A stretch of 64,000 nt of DNA from Caldisericia bacterium (GTDB lineage Bacteria; Caldisericota; Caldisericia; JAAYUI01): contig OY771555.1 of NCBI GenBank assembly GCA_963674785.1, positions 608,001-672,000 on the forward strand. The letters run 5' to 3'. The notes under the pieces were generated by a model that worked only from the letters and a program-made list of their open reading frames with translations, was not told where the DNA came from and searched no databases. This document shows positions 27,582 to 38,341 of this stretch, one piece after another. The first letter of the stretch is position 1. Each line of letters begins with the position of its first letter. A program made the translations under genes and the position numbers.

Positions 27582-27619
27582 AAAATAACAACCGGCGACC
27601 TACTCAGGGTCGCCGGTTG
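27582..27619 (-). terminator. intrinsic terminator after the carboxyltransferase gene
   Basis: 12-bp perfect stem CAACCGGCGACC/GGTCGCCGGTTG followed by TTATTTT on minus strand. Confidence 0.85.
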
Positions 27620-27650
27620 CCAATCAAAAAAAGGAGAATTTTTGTAAAAA

Positions 27651-29170
27651 CTAATGAAGTTTTGCACCACTCCCAGCGCCACCAGCCTCACCAAAGAAAT
27701 CCTTGGCAGGTCCTGGAAGCATGAGATAGAGAAGAAGGTCGCGGTGGTTGTGGATAAATGGTGGTGGGTTTAATCCATCATCTTCTGTAAGGGGTGCTGA
27801 TTTCACGTAAAAACCTGATCTCTGGTCGTATCTTTGAGTAGTTTTTGCAACACGGGTTATAAAATCATCGTCAATAATCCCTGGTTTACCATATCTTCCA
27901 CAGATCATATCTTTAAACTCACGTGAACAAACTGAGTATCTGTCTGCAGTCTCGACATTAAAGGACGCCTGTGCGCCGATAATCTGTGATGATGGGGTAA
28001 CAAGTGGAGGATAACCGACATCTTTTCGAACCTGTTGAACCTCTTCGAGAATCTTTGGAAGTTTTTCAAGCTGACCAACCGTTGAAAGCTGTGTTCTGAG
28101 ATTTGAAAGCATCCCACCTGGAACTTGACTCTGAAGCTGAGTTTCATCAGGAACTGGATATCCAAGTGAACTCATAAGTTCAACGGTTTTATCTCTTGCT
28201 TCAGTGAATTTTTTATCTTTGACAAGTGAGACAATTATTTCCATCTTATCAGTTACAGTTGGTGGTAGTGGGTATGGAATAGGTTCAGGTACTTCGTCTT
28301 TCCATTTGTCAAACTGAGCAAGGGTTTTTCTGATCTCACGCAACTTCTTGGCTGCTTTGTAAACATGGGATAAATCAATATCATGTTCAAATCCCATCAG
28401 TTCAGCAAATTTTGCAACAAGCGATACCGGTGGATGACTTGTACCGCCGGCAAATGGACCAATTGCTGTATCTATTCTATCGGCTCCTGCACTCATGGCA
28501 ACAACGGTGTTAATTGTTGCATATCCACATGTGCAGTGACTGTGAAGTGTGAGTGTTTGTCTACATTTTCCTTGATCTTTGAGATAAGGTTGAAGGCATC
28601 AGATGGTGTAAGAAGCCCTGCCATATCCTTGATTGTGATAATGTCTGCACCCATATGAGCCATGTCAATTGCAAGGTCTGAAAATGATTCAGGAGAGTGA
28701 ACGGGTGATGTTGTGTAACTGAAACACATCTCAGCTGTTCCACCATAGGCCTTGGTTGCAAGCAGTGAAATCATCAGATTTCTTCTGTCATTGAGTGCAT
28801 CAAACATCCTCATCACACCGATACCTGATTCTATTGCAGACTTGCAGAAAGCAACAACAAGATTGTCGGCAAACGGAGAATAAGCAAAAAGGTTCTGTCC
28901 TCTGATGAGCGCTCTTATTTTTGCTCTGCCCATGCACATCTTTTTGTATTCATCGAGCCTGTCCCATGGGTTTTCCTTGAGGAATCTAAGTGGTGCATCG
29001 ATTGTTGCTCCACCCCAAAGCTCAAGCTCTGTAAATCCAGCCTCTAAAATGTCGGGTAAAACGGAAAAGGCTTGGTCGGAAGTCATTCTTGTGGCAAGAA
29101 GACTCTGCTGTCCATCGCGCAATGTTAAGTCACATAGCTGAATCTTTTTCATGGTGGGGATTGTAGCCAC
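27651..29170 (-). pseudogene. pyruvate carboxylase subunit B / oxaloacetate decarboxylase alpha-type carboxyltransferase split by a 1-nt frameshift
   Basis: LRDGQQSL, WGGATID, IKDMAG in the 5' ORF; HSHCTCG, DTAI, QVPGGMLSNL, GYPPLVTPSSQI in the shifted frame; break near 28555; may be an assembly error. Confidence 0.85.
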
Positions 29171-29321
29171 TCTTTACCACGTTTCAACATCAAATCGGTT
29201 TTTGATGGATTAATTGATATTAAATATTGATTAATTGTGAAGATAGAATGAAGAGAAACTGATAACAACACTTTCGTATAACAGTGTTTTCCTTTACTAT
29301 TGATTGAAATGAGGAGGAGTG

Positions 29322-31220
29322 ATGAAAAGAAAAAGTATATTTGTCGTTGTCTACCTGGTTGTGATTTGTTTGGTATTTGGTGGGTGTGGAGGAAAGAAAA
29401 CAAGCAGCACGGATGGAGAGATAAAAAAGAAATCTGAACTCAAATATCACCAAAAGGTTCGACTTTCAAAAATTGCAAAAACTGCACTAACAAAAAGAAT
29501 AAAGTATATCGAATCAAAGATGTCTGAAGTATCAGAGCAGATTGAAGAACAAAAACCCACAATAGCACCCAATGAACTAAGTGTTGAGGTGGAATACATT
29601 GAGATTACTCCTGAAGAATACTATGCGTATGAACCAGGAGTTTCTTCATCAATTCCAGATGATCTTGTGAAGCTATGGGAACATAAAGAAGATCCATTTG
29701 ATTTTGTTTTTGGTGAATATTTTTTACATGGTGATCAGCTCTATTTCGATGGCACATATAATGATGGACCAGGAGAATCAAGCTATTTTATATTCATCGG
29801 TGATATAGAAAAGCTATCAGGAAAAAGAAACTACATGTGTAATGAAAATTTTAAAGGCTTTCTTATCTCACCAAACCGTCTTTCATGTGTCAAAGATGGG
29901 TTTTCATATTATACAAAAGATTATGAATATAGCGGGATATCAAAGTTTATATGCGGAAATAGTTGTGGATACACACCACTTGCTATAAATGAATATATTG
30001 AAACAAATAATCAAGTTGGAGGAAAATTTATTGCTTGTGATGAAAACACTGGACACTTAGTGCTTGTTCAAGAGTTTGTGGAGTTTAACTATGACATTGA
30101 TTCGTATGAAGATACGTATTCTGTTTTCTTTTTCAACATTAGCACTGATGAGGTAGATAAAACAATCAGCTTTTCTCCAAATGATAGGTTGATAAAGGAC
30201 ATCAAATATGATGATGGACAATTGAAAGTTTATTATGCCTTGAAAGAAAAAATGTTATTTAAAAGAGGCGAGGATGAGTATGACGACTACAACCTAATTC
30301 GAATAATTCATTATGAAGGGTTTTGGTATAAATTTTTTAGAGGCAGCAGGAAACCGAATGTAGAAGTATACGACACGTCAGCAAATCTTATTTCTAAATT
30401 TAGTTTTTCGGGAAACTATTTTTTGAAGGGCAATCATCTGTATGCCATAAAAAAAGATGCAGAATCACAAACATCTACATTGTGTTGTTTTGATGCTTCC
30501 ACTGGGGCAATTGTCTGGGAATCAAAGACTCACATTCTGAATTTCACACAGTTTGAAGATTACCTCTTGGTTTCACATGAAAAAGGTGAAAATATTGAGT
30601 TTTCGTCAGTTGATTATCAAACAGGTGAATTTGACAGTTCCCCACTTCCTGATGTTCCAATACAAAAAAATTATCTCACGAGATTTTATGGATATATGAG
30701 TTCTGGTTATAAAGTTCAAAAGCTTGGTGACCTAATAATCGTAGGAGATCGAATATGCTACGCACCAAACAACCAAATAGAAAACTCGAATCTTTATGAG
30801 GAAGACGAATACTCAACAGATAGAGCATACAGAAATGTTATTATTACAAGGAATGATATTGTGTTTTCCTGGATTGATGATTTTGAGTTTTTTTGGGGAG
30901 AAAGTGGTACCTATCAAGGATTCAAAAAATGGGGATTTGAAGCCAGTGATTCATTTGAAATTATAAACAACACGAGTGATGAAAAAAGCTTCAACATTTC
31001 ATCAAAAGATGAAAGATTGACAATCTCCGATACAGACTTTTCCTTAGCACCAGGTATAAAAAAAGAAGTATTCATATCACAAGCTGTCAGGAAATATGGG
31101 GAGGATGTTTTTGATGTGCACAAGGAAATTGAGTTTGATGATATAAGGGTTACATGGGATGATGGTGAAAAAATAATCCCTGTGAGATTTGGATCGGCGT
31201 TTGTACCGGTTTTTGAATAG
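29322..31220 (+). CDS. lipoprotein, tandem family member 1 (probable beta-propeller plus C-terminal Ig-like domain)
   Basis: VFGG-C lipobox; FDASTGAIVW propeller-like motif; WDDGEKIIPVRF end. Confidence 0.75.
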   Translation: MKRKSIFVVVYLVVICLVFGGCGGKKTSSTDGEIKKKSELKYHQKVRLSKIAKTALTKRIKYIESKMSEVSEQIEEQKPTIAPNELSVEVEYIEITPEEYYAYEPGVSSSIPDDLVKLWEHKEDPFDFVFGEYFLHGDQLYFDGTYNDGPGESSYFIFIGDIEKLSGKRNYMCNENFKGFLISPNRLSCVKDGFSYYTKDYEYSGISKFICGNSCGYTPLAINEYIETNNQVGGKFIACDENTGHLVLVQEFVEFNYDIDSYEDTYSVFFFNISTDEVDKTISFSPNDRLIKDIKYDDGQLKVYYALKEKMLFKRGEDEYDDYNLIRIIHYEGFWYKFFRGSRKPNVEVYDTSANLISKFSFSGNYFLKGNHLYAIKKDAESQTSTLCCFDASTGAIVWESKTHILNFTQFEDYLLVSHEKGENIEFSSVDYQTGEFDSSPLPDVPIQKNYLTRFYGYMSSGYKVQKLGDLIIVGDRICYAPNNQIENSNLYEEDEYSTDRAYRNVIITRNDIVFSWIDDFEFFWGESGTYQGFKKWGFEASDSFEIINNTSDEKSFNISSKDERLTISDTDFSLAPGIKKEVFISQAVRKYGEDVFDVHKEIEFDDIRVTWDDGEKIIPVRFGSAFVPVFE

Positions 31221-31232
31221 AAAGAAGGAGTT

Positions 31233-33188
31233 ATGAGAAAAAATTTGATTTATACAATTGTCACCTTGATTGTGATTTGTTTGGTATTTGGAGGATGTGG
31301 AGGAAAATCACCACAGCCAAATGACTCAAAGACGACTGAAGGAAGAGTTGAGGAAACTATTGATGTTGAATCAGGCAATATCCTGGATGGAATGATTGAA
31401 GTCGAAACCACAACACCCGATGAAACAGAAACTTCAGGGGAAATCACAGAGACCGATGTAGTAATTGAGGAGCCAGAAAACCCGATATTTTCAGAGCTTG
31501 ATAAAAAGTACCAAGACATCAAACCAGAAGACCTTCCAGAGATTGAATATATTGAGATAACCCCCGAAGAAGCCTTTGAAATAAAGGAATCAGAGGTTTA
31601 TGATATTTCCGGAAAACTCATCAAACTTTGGGAGGTGAAGGATGATGTAGCTGCACAAGGACATTGGTTTGGAGGTATTTTTGAATATGAAGAAGGTTTT
31701 TACTTCGATTGGTCAACAATGTACATGGGAGATGTTCCCAAGGGTTATATCGGAAAGGTAAATCTTGAAAATGGTATTCGAGAGTATTGTTTTTACTCGA
31801 AAAAAGATATTGTCTCACCGGTCAAGGTTATATTTGAAGGTTTATTTGTTCCCGAATATAAAAGAAATACTTATCTACTTGTTGATCCTTTCAAGTTGTA
31901 CATTAATTCATATCTGTATGATTTAGCATGCAATGATTACATTACCGTTTTTGAATTCGATAATGAAACAAAAAGGTATAAAGTAAAAGACTACAAAGAG
32001 CTTCAAGAGTGTGATTTGCTTGGATGTTCAAGTCAATACCCAGTAAAATACAATCCTGAGAACAACTCTCTCCTTACTTTCGATAAATCCGATGGGTGTT
32101 CAGGAGTAACTGACAGAGGCGGAATATACTTGTACGACTTGAGCGAATTCAAAACAGTTTACAGAAAAGCATTTGATTATCCACCATATGAGATTGCTGG
32201 ATACAAACTCGAAGATGACAAAATAAAGATATACAAGATTAATTATACAGAAGATTATTGGAAATTTTTTTCAAAGGGTTATTACGGTGAGTTTGGAAAT
32301 TATGAAAAATCAATGATTAAACCATGGTATTATGATGGGTTCTGGTTTCAGACAGAGATGATGTATGGAGAATTGACGGTTCATGATAAAAAATTAAATT
32401 ATCATTTTGATATTAAATCATCAGGTTACAATGGTAAGTGGCTAATTAAAGATGGAAATGTGATACACCTGAACAAAGGGCATGACACGATTGAAAACGT
32501 TACAATAAGCTCCTATGACCTATACACTGGAAATGAAAATTGGAACTTTACCTCATTCTCCGTAAAAGATATTTTGCTTCTTGAGGATTCGATTCTTGCA
32601 CTAGTATTGAATAAAGAAAGTGGCGGATTTGATTTTCTTGAAATTGATTATGAAACAGGAACATCTAAAGTCACCTACAAGAATGCATTTTTCAAAAACC
32701 CAGAAAGAGAGTTTTTCTGGAAATATTACTACAAAAACAAAGGATTTGAAGTATTTGATGACAAAATAATAGTTGATGACAGGATTTGTTATGCAGAAAA
32801 ATCAAAATATCCAGGAGTAATAATTCCCGATCAAGCGGTGGTTTTTTCAGTGGTCGACATTCCTGACACAGAGGACGAAGGCGGATGGGCATCATTTGAA
32901 CTCTCTGGTTATCTGGAGGAAGACACCTTCACAATTTTGAACAATACCAAGGAAACCAAAACCTTTGAGATAAGTAACATTGATGAGAGATTGGAGATTT
33001 CAGCAGTAAGTTTCACACTTGATCCGGATGAAACAAAAGAAATCGTGGTAAAACAAACGGCACTTGAGCACGGGAAATCACCTAACATTCAGATTACCGA
33101 TATGAAAGATTTGGTAATAACATGGGATGATGGTGAAAAAATTCTGCCTGTAAGATTCCCCGAAGCACCATATAACCCTGGGGATTGA
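31233..33188 (+). CDS. lipoprotein, tandem family member 2
   Basis: VFGG-C; YDLYTGNENW; WDDGEKILPVRF. Confidence 0.75.
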   Translation: MRKNLIYTIVTLIVICLVFGGCGGKSPQPNDSKTTEGRVEETIDVESGNILDGMIEVETTTPDETETSGEITETDVVIEEPENPIFSELDKKYQDIKPEDLPEIEYIEITPEEAFEIKESEVYDISGKLIKLWEVKDDVAAQGHWFGGIFEYEEGFYFDWSTMYMGDVPKGYIGKVNLENGIREYCFYSKKDIVSPVKVIFEGLFVPEYKRNTYLLVDPFKLYINSYLYDLACNDYITVFEFDNETKRYKVKDYKELQECDLLGCSSQYPVKYNPENNSLLTFDKSDGCSGVTDRGGIYLYDLSEFKTVYRKAFDYPPYEIAGYKLEDDKIKIYKINYTEDYWKFFSKGYYGEFGNYEKSMIKPWYYDGFWFQTEMMYGELTVHDKKLNYHFDIKSSGYNGKWLIKDGNVIHLNKGHDTIENVTISSYDLYTGNENWNFTSFSVKDILLLEDSILALVLNKESGGFDFLEIDYETGTSKVTYKNAFFKNPEREFFWKYYYKNKGFEVFDDKIIVDDRICYAEKSKYPGVIIPDQAVVFSVVDIPDTEDEGGWASFELSGYLEEDTFTILNNTKETKTFEISNIDERLEISAVSFTLDPDETKEIVVKQTALEHGKSPNIQITDMKDLVITWDDGEKILPVRFPEAPYNPGD

Positions 33189-33206
33189 CAAAAAAGGAGG
33201 AGGTAT

Positions 33207-35069
33207 ATGAAGAAATTGAATCTATTATTGGTTGGGATGTTGGTAGCTGTACTTGTATTTGGTGGGTGTGGTGGAAAATCACAAGAGAATCCAGGTGCAA
33301 CAGTCACCAACGAAAACCTTGAAAAAAATGTTGAAGCTTTGCCAAAGGAAGATCCAGAAAAGATAACCACAACCGAGGCAAATGAGAACAATAGAAAATT
33401 TGAAAAAATCGCCATAAAAGATTTTGAAATAAGCGTTGGCCAAGATACAGAAATCGAAAACCCCGCACTTTTTCACGAACTTGCAAGCAAGTATGAAGAA
33501 ATAAAAATAGAAGACCTGCCAGAAATTGAAATAATAGAAATCCCATCGTTGATTGCATTTCAAGTAAAAGACTCGAAGAAACACAAAATTTCAGGGGAAC
33601 TTATAAAATTGTGGAAAACAAACACTTTATTTTATCATGGAGAAAGCAAAGTTGATGAAATATTCCAATATAACGGAGAAACATATTTCTACTGGCATAT
33701 ATATTTTCTAGGAGAAGGCGGAAGAGAAAATCATATCGGAAAAATGAATATTGAAAACGGTGACCGTGAAAACTTCTACACCTTCAAAGAGCCAGCATTT
33801 TTCAACACAGAGGATACACATGACTATCCTTCTGACTACAATATTCCACGATGGTCAGTAATTTATGACTACCCCTATAAATACGAAGGAGCATCAATAG
33901 ATAAGCATAATGATTCAAGTCAGACTTATGAAGACCACGGCTATTTGGGTTTCAATTTTGATTTTAACTACATATTACACTTTAATCCAAAAAACGGACT
34001 ATTGATTATGACAAATGAGTATGAAAAAGGGATTTATATTTATGACATAAAAACATTCAAACTGATAAGAAATATCAAACTTGAATATGAAGATTATGAA
34101 ATACACAAGGTTGAGTTTGAGGACAATAGACTGAAGGTATACTTAATCAAATACCCAGAAAATCACTGGAAAATGTTTACGAAATCAGATAAATCAATTC
34201 TTGAAAGCAAAAAAACAAAATGGCACACTGAAAGGTATAAAGATTACTGGGTAGTTCGTGACTCACATGATAGCCCTGAATTCCGTATTTATGATAAAAA
34301 CTATAATTTTTTACACAAACTTCAAACCGGGGATAGCGTATATAAATACTTTTACACCAACGGGAATCTTGTGGTGATGGCACCATATTGGAGAAATCAG
34401 GTCCAGTTATTTGATATAAGCACGGGGGAACTAATGTGGGATCCGGTAGATGTATATGATATTGCCATACTTGAAGATTCAATTCTTGCGTTATCAGGCA
34501 ACGAGGATGAGTATCTCGACTTAATAAAGATTGATTATGAAACAGGGAAAACCGAAATGCTTTACGAAGATATATACTATACCAGATACAGCCAGTGTGA
34601 TCCAAAAGCAATAGATATAATCGATGGAAAAATAATACTGGATAACGATCAGTGTTTTGTAGAAAAATCAAAATATAAGCAGGTAATCATACCAGAAAAC
34701 AATCTACTTCTTGTAAGTGTTAATCCACCCACAACAGAGGATGAATACGGGTGGATAACATATGGAAAATCAGGATATGTTGAAGAGGTGTCTTTTTCAA
34801 TATTCAATAACTCGCAAAATACAAAAAGTTTTGAAATTACAAATATCGATGAAAGATTAGAGGCATCGGAAACAGAATTCACAATTGAACCCAACGAAAC
34901 AAAAGAAATTAGAATAAAGCAGAACATAATTAAACGGGGAGACCCAGTAAATGTCAATCCAGGTGACAGGTTGGTCGATGATCTAGAGTCAATTGTTATT
35001 TCATGGGAAGATGGTGAAAAGGTTATACCAGTGAAATTTGCGGTTGCCCCATATAACGGCGGGGATTGA
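33207..35069 (+). CDS. lipoprotein, tandem family member 3
   Basis: VFGG-C; FDISTGELMW; WEDGEKVIPVKF. Confidence 0.75.
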   Translation: MKKLNLLLVGMLVAVLVFGGCGGKSQENPGATVTNENLEKNVEALPKEDPEKITTTEANENNRKFEKIAIKDFEISVGQDTEIENPALFHELASKYEEIKIEDLPEIEIIEIPSLIAFQVKDSKKHKISGELIKLWKTNTLFYHGESKVDEIFQYNGETYFYWHIYFLGEGGRENHIGKMNIENGDRENFYTFKEPAFFNTEDTHDYPSDYNIPRWSVIYDYPYKYEGASIDKHNDSSQTYEDHGYLGFNFDFNYILHFNPKNGLLIMTNEYEKGIYIYDIKTFKLIRNIKLEYEDYEIHKVEFEDNRLKVYLIKYPENHWKMFTKSDKSILESKKTKWHTERYKDYWVVRDSHDSPEFRIYDKNYNFLHKLQTGDSVYKYFYTNGNLVVMAPYWRNQVQLFDISTGELMWDPVDVYDIAILEDSILALSGNEDEYLDLIKIDYETGKTEMLYEDIYYTRYSQCDPKAIDIIDGKIILDNDQCFVEKSKYKQVIIPENNLLLVSVNPPTTEDEYGWITYGKSGYVEEVSFSIFNNSQNTKSFEITNIDERLEASETEFTIEPNETKEIRIKQNIIKRGDPVNVNPGDRLVDDLESIVISWEDGEKVIPVKFAVAPYNGGD

Positions 35070-35087
35070 TAAAAAAGGAGGAGAAAA

Positions 35088-36944
35088 ATGAAGAAAATGA
35101 ATCTATTGTTGGTTGGGATGTTGGTGGTCATAATTATCTTTGGAGGATGTAAGCATGAAGACGTTATTAAAACATCGGCAGAACCTAAATCCATAGAAGA
35201 AATAAAAATTACCGACGTTATACCTGAGGCCGATGCGAATGCATATTCTCATGAAGAAGACTTTGAGAGGAGAAGAAAAGAATTTTTCAAGATTATTGAA
35301 GATGCAAAAAATAACTTCGAGAATATCGATTTAGAGAATCTACCTGAGGTCAAAACCCAATATATTACAATCGAAGAGGTTCTCACATCTGAGAGCAAGG
35401 CAAATCAACCAGACATCAATGGAGATCTGATCAATATTTGGAATCTCACAATTGAATCCTGTGGTTTCGATTTGTTCAACAAAAGGGGTGGTCTGATTTA
35501 TCAAAATAAAGATTTGTATTATTACCATAACCGCCATGTCTTTCCGCCAACTGAAAAAATTGAGAAAATTGATGATGCTACAGGAATGATTGAATGTGAT
35601 TTTATTCCTGATGATTATGATTTTGTCATGACACCAACCAAGGAAACTATCCTACATTTCCCATTTTCCATTCGTTACTTTGGAAAAAGGGAAATCTACC
35701 GCCCCCTTCTGTATTCATTTTTCTCACTCGAAGAACTTTCAAATTTAAGGGAGAAAGATCCAGAATTACCTGATCTAATCGAATCAAGGGGGTTATATAA
35801 TAAAAGAGGAAATGAAATTAAACTATCAAGTTTTATTGACTACAACCCAAAAAATGGATTATTGATATCTTTTAATGAACACTATAACAAGATTCTTTTC
35901 GTTTCATTTAAGGAAATGAAGATTCTTAAAACCATCGAATTCGATACGGAAGAATTTTACAATGCAGAGTACAGAGATTCAACGCTGTATCTCAACTATA
36001 TTTCAAGAGATAATGCACTATTCAACTATTATTTTGAGAATGCCAGTGAACGAACTCTTGAAGATTGTTTGAGTCGAGTGAAAACCTATTTTTATTTTTT
36101 TGATGGCATATGGGTCTACAAAGAAGATGGTATGAAAGCGATGGACTCAAATTTTAATAGTATTTGGGAAGACCTAAACCTTAATCAGGACTCAAGTATC
36201 TCAACAGCAATCAATCCAATATTCTTTGAGGATTCCTGCTATTGTGTAATAAAAGAGGATGGTATATCTTACTTTTCTTCATTTGACTTAAAAACCGGCA
36301 CAGAAAAATGGAGATTGGAGATTGAATTGCCAATGGATTTGATCTTTTTAAAAAACCACATTCTTATGCTTGTAAAAAAAGACAGTGATTTCCACGATCT
36401 AATTTATATCGATTATGAATCTGGGGATACAAAAGTTGCTTGCACCGATTTTTATCCCTTGAGGCAAGGAATTGGTTCAATTGGTGACTCAATTTTTATT
36501 GGTGGATATCACCGCTTTATTGAATCCTCCAAATTCGAAGGTGTGAATGTTGCAGAAAGATACGTTTATATAAAATGGCTCGACGAAATACCTATCTATT
36601 ACGATTTTGAGGAAAAGGTTGACTACGAAGTCGAGTATTGGGATTATTCCGATAAATCATCAATCAATATCAGCAACAACACAGACTCTGAAAAAACATT
36701 CAAAGTTTCTTCAAATCATAATAGCTTCACCGTTTCTGATTCACAATTCACTCTTCAACCCGGGGAAAGAAGGACTATTCTTGTAACACAGACATTGAGA
36801 AGACACGGTGAGAGAGTGCATGAAAATCCATTCCTAGGAAATTATGATCTCGATGGGTCAGAATCAATCACCGTCAAATGGGATGACGGGGAAAAAACGC
36901 TTCCTATTAGATTTGGATATATACCCTACCCGACGGAAATATAA
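35088..36944 (+). CDS. lipoprotein, tandem family member 4
   Basis: IFGG-C; FDLKTGTEKW; WDDGEKTLPIRF. Confidence 0.75.
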   Translation: MKKMNLLLVGMLVVIIIFGGCKHEDVIKTSAEPKSIEEIKITDVIPEADANAYSHEEDFERRRKEFFKIIEDAKNNFENIDLENLPEVKTQYITIEEVLTSESKANQPDINGDLINIWNLTIESCGFDLFNKRGGLIYQNKDLYYYHNRHVFPPTEKIEKIDDATGMIECDFIPDDYDFVMTPTKETILHFPFSIRYFGKREIYRPLLYSFFSLEELSNLREKDPELPDLIESRGLYNKRGNEIKLSSFIDYNPKNGLLISFNEHYNKILFVSFKEMKILKTIEFDTEEFYNAEYRDSTLYLNYISRDNALFNYYFENASERTLEDCLSRVKTYFYFFDGIWVYKEDGMKAMDSNFNSIWEDLNLNQDSSISTAINPIFFEDSCYCVIKEDGISYFSSFDLKTGTEKWRLEIELPMDLIFLKNHILMLVKKDSDFHDLIYIDYESGDTKVACTDFYPLRQGIGSIGDSIFIGGYHRFIESSKFEGVNVAERYVYIKWLDEIPIYYDFEEKVDYEVEYWDYSDKSSINISNNTDSEKTFKVSSNHNSFTVSDSQFTLQPGERRTILVTQTLRRHGERVHENPFLGNYDLDGSESITVKWDDGEKTLPIRFGYIPYPTEI

Positions 36945-36945
36945 C

Positions 36946-36992
36946 CTACCCGATAACCTCAACGTTCCACTGTTCATCGCCACCCACAACCT
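36946..36992 (-). repeat. degenerate copy of the 3' end of ORF 38004..38306 (direct repeat with 38004..38050)
   Basis: 30/33 identity over the first 33 nt and 39/47 overall by manual alignment. Confidence 0.85.
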
Positions 36993-36996
36993 ATGA

Positions 36997-38004
36997 TTAT
37001 TCTTTCAATTTCTTCAGGTACTTTGCGGTAGACTTATCAAAATCGGAAATATAGTTTCGATCCTGAAGGATTTTGAACTTCTCATATTCACCTTCAGCAA
37101 GGGCTTTTGCAACTTTTTTCTGAACAATTCCAAAGTTTTTTAACACATCAATTGTGTTAAATTCGAGGAAACTATCTAGTTTTGTAACCCAATCAGACAT
37201 GTTCATGATAACATTGTTTTCTGCTTGAAGCTCAGCAAAATCCAAAAACATTGTCACAATCCGATTTAGTTTTCGAAGCTCTTCGGGAGATAAATAGTTC
37301 TTTGATACAGAAACATCTGATTTTAAAATCTTACCACCTGGCGAGTTTTTCCAAGTATAAAGCCCCATGTTTGGAATCTTGGAATTAGCTCTATCTTTGA
37401 TAATTTCAGTAGATGTTTTACCGGTTATTCCATACAAAAATTTATTTTGAACATGGGCAAAGAATTTCTTTGTTATATCGAGTTTAGGGTCATAATCTGC
37501 AGAAAGTGCATAAATGTCAGTAATCTTTTGATAAAACCTTCTTTCGCTTGCTCGAATATCTCGAATCTTTTCGAGTAAATCATCGAAATAGTCTTTGCCA
37601 AAATGCCGGCCATTCTTGAGTCTGTTTTCGTCTATCACAAAACCTTTGATAATAAATTCGCGGAGCTTTTCAGTTGCCCAGATACGAAACTGAGTTGCTT
37701 TCAATGAATTGACCCTATAACCGACAGAAATAATTGCATCAAGATTGTAATACGTTGTTTTGTAGGTTCTACCATTCTCTCCGATATGTTCCAAAATGGA
37801 ACATATCGTTTGTTCATTTAATTCACCTTCATTAATGATGTTGGTTAGATGTTTGGTAATTGCAGGTCTTTGAACACCAAACAGGTCAGCCATCATCTTC
37901 TGAGTCATCCAAATCGATTCATCCTCAAACCGGACATCAACCTCAACATCACCAGCAGGTGAAGTATAAAGAATAAGTCTTCCGATATTATCGGAATCAG
38001 ACAC
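36997..38004 (-). CDS. virulence RhuM family protein (copy 1)
   Basis: WMTQKMMADLF, YNLDAIISVGYRVNS, ATQFRIWAT, IRASERRFYQKITDIYA, KNYL. Confidence 0.9.
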   Translation of the reverse strand: MSDSDNIGRLILYTSPAGDVEVDVRFEDESIWMTQKMMADLFGVQRPAITKHLTNIINEGELNEQTICSILEHIGENGRTYKTTYYNLDAIISVGYRVNSLKATQFRIWATEKLREFIIKGFVIDENRLKNGRHFGKDYFDDLLEKIRDIRASERRFYQKITDIYALSADYDPKLDITKKFFAHVQNKFLYGITGKTSTEIIKDRANSKIPNMGLYTWKNSPGGKILKSDVSVSKNYLSPEELRKLNRIVTMFLDFAELQAENNVIMNMSDWVTKLDSFLEFNTIDVLKNFGIVQKKVAKALAEGEYEKFKILQDRNYISDFDKSTAKYLKKLKE

Positions 38005-38306
38005 TATCCGATAACCTCAACCTTCCACTTTTCATCCTCACCTTCAAACTTGAGTGTTTTTCTGTAGTGAAAGATATCTGGAACAGAATCCTCAAACTTG
38101 ATCATAAACATATATGTTTTTGTCTTGTTGTTCCTGCTACCCATTGATTTGTCTTCGTCGCGGTAGAGGAATGCTTTAAATTTCTCTTCGCCAAAGGCCA
38201 GTTCGAATCCACCTCTTGCTGGGAACCAGTTTTCACGTCCTCTTGGAAGAAGGATATATTTAAATTTTACTTCCTCACCCGATAATTTTTTTTCAAAATC
38301 TGCCAT
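38004..38306 (-). CDS. small hypothetical protein
   Basis: Strong SD AAGGAGG, 100 aa, stop overlaps the rhuM start. Confidence 0.7.
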   Translation of the reverse strand: MADFEKKLSGEEVKFKYILLPRGRENWFPARGGFELAFGEEKFKAFLYRDEDKSMGSRNNKTKTYMFMIKFEDSVPDIFHYRKTLKFEGEDEKWKVEVIG

Positions 38307-38341
38307 AATTGCCTCCTTTATTGAATATACTACTCAGTCTA

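Noticed and set aside
29322-36944. Diversity-generating retroelement or shufflon behind the paralogue arrays
   Set aside because: No reverse transcriptase, recombinase, inverted cassettes or adenine-specific TR/VR pair seen
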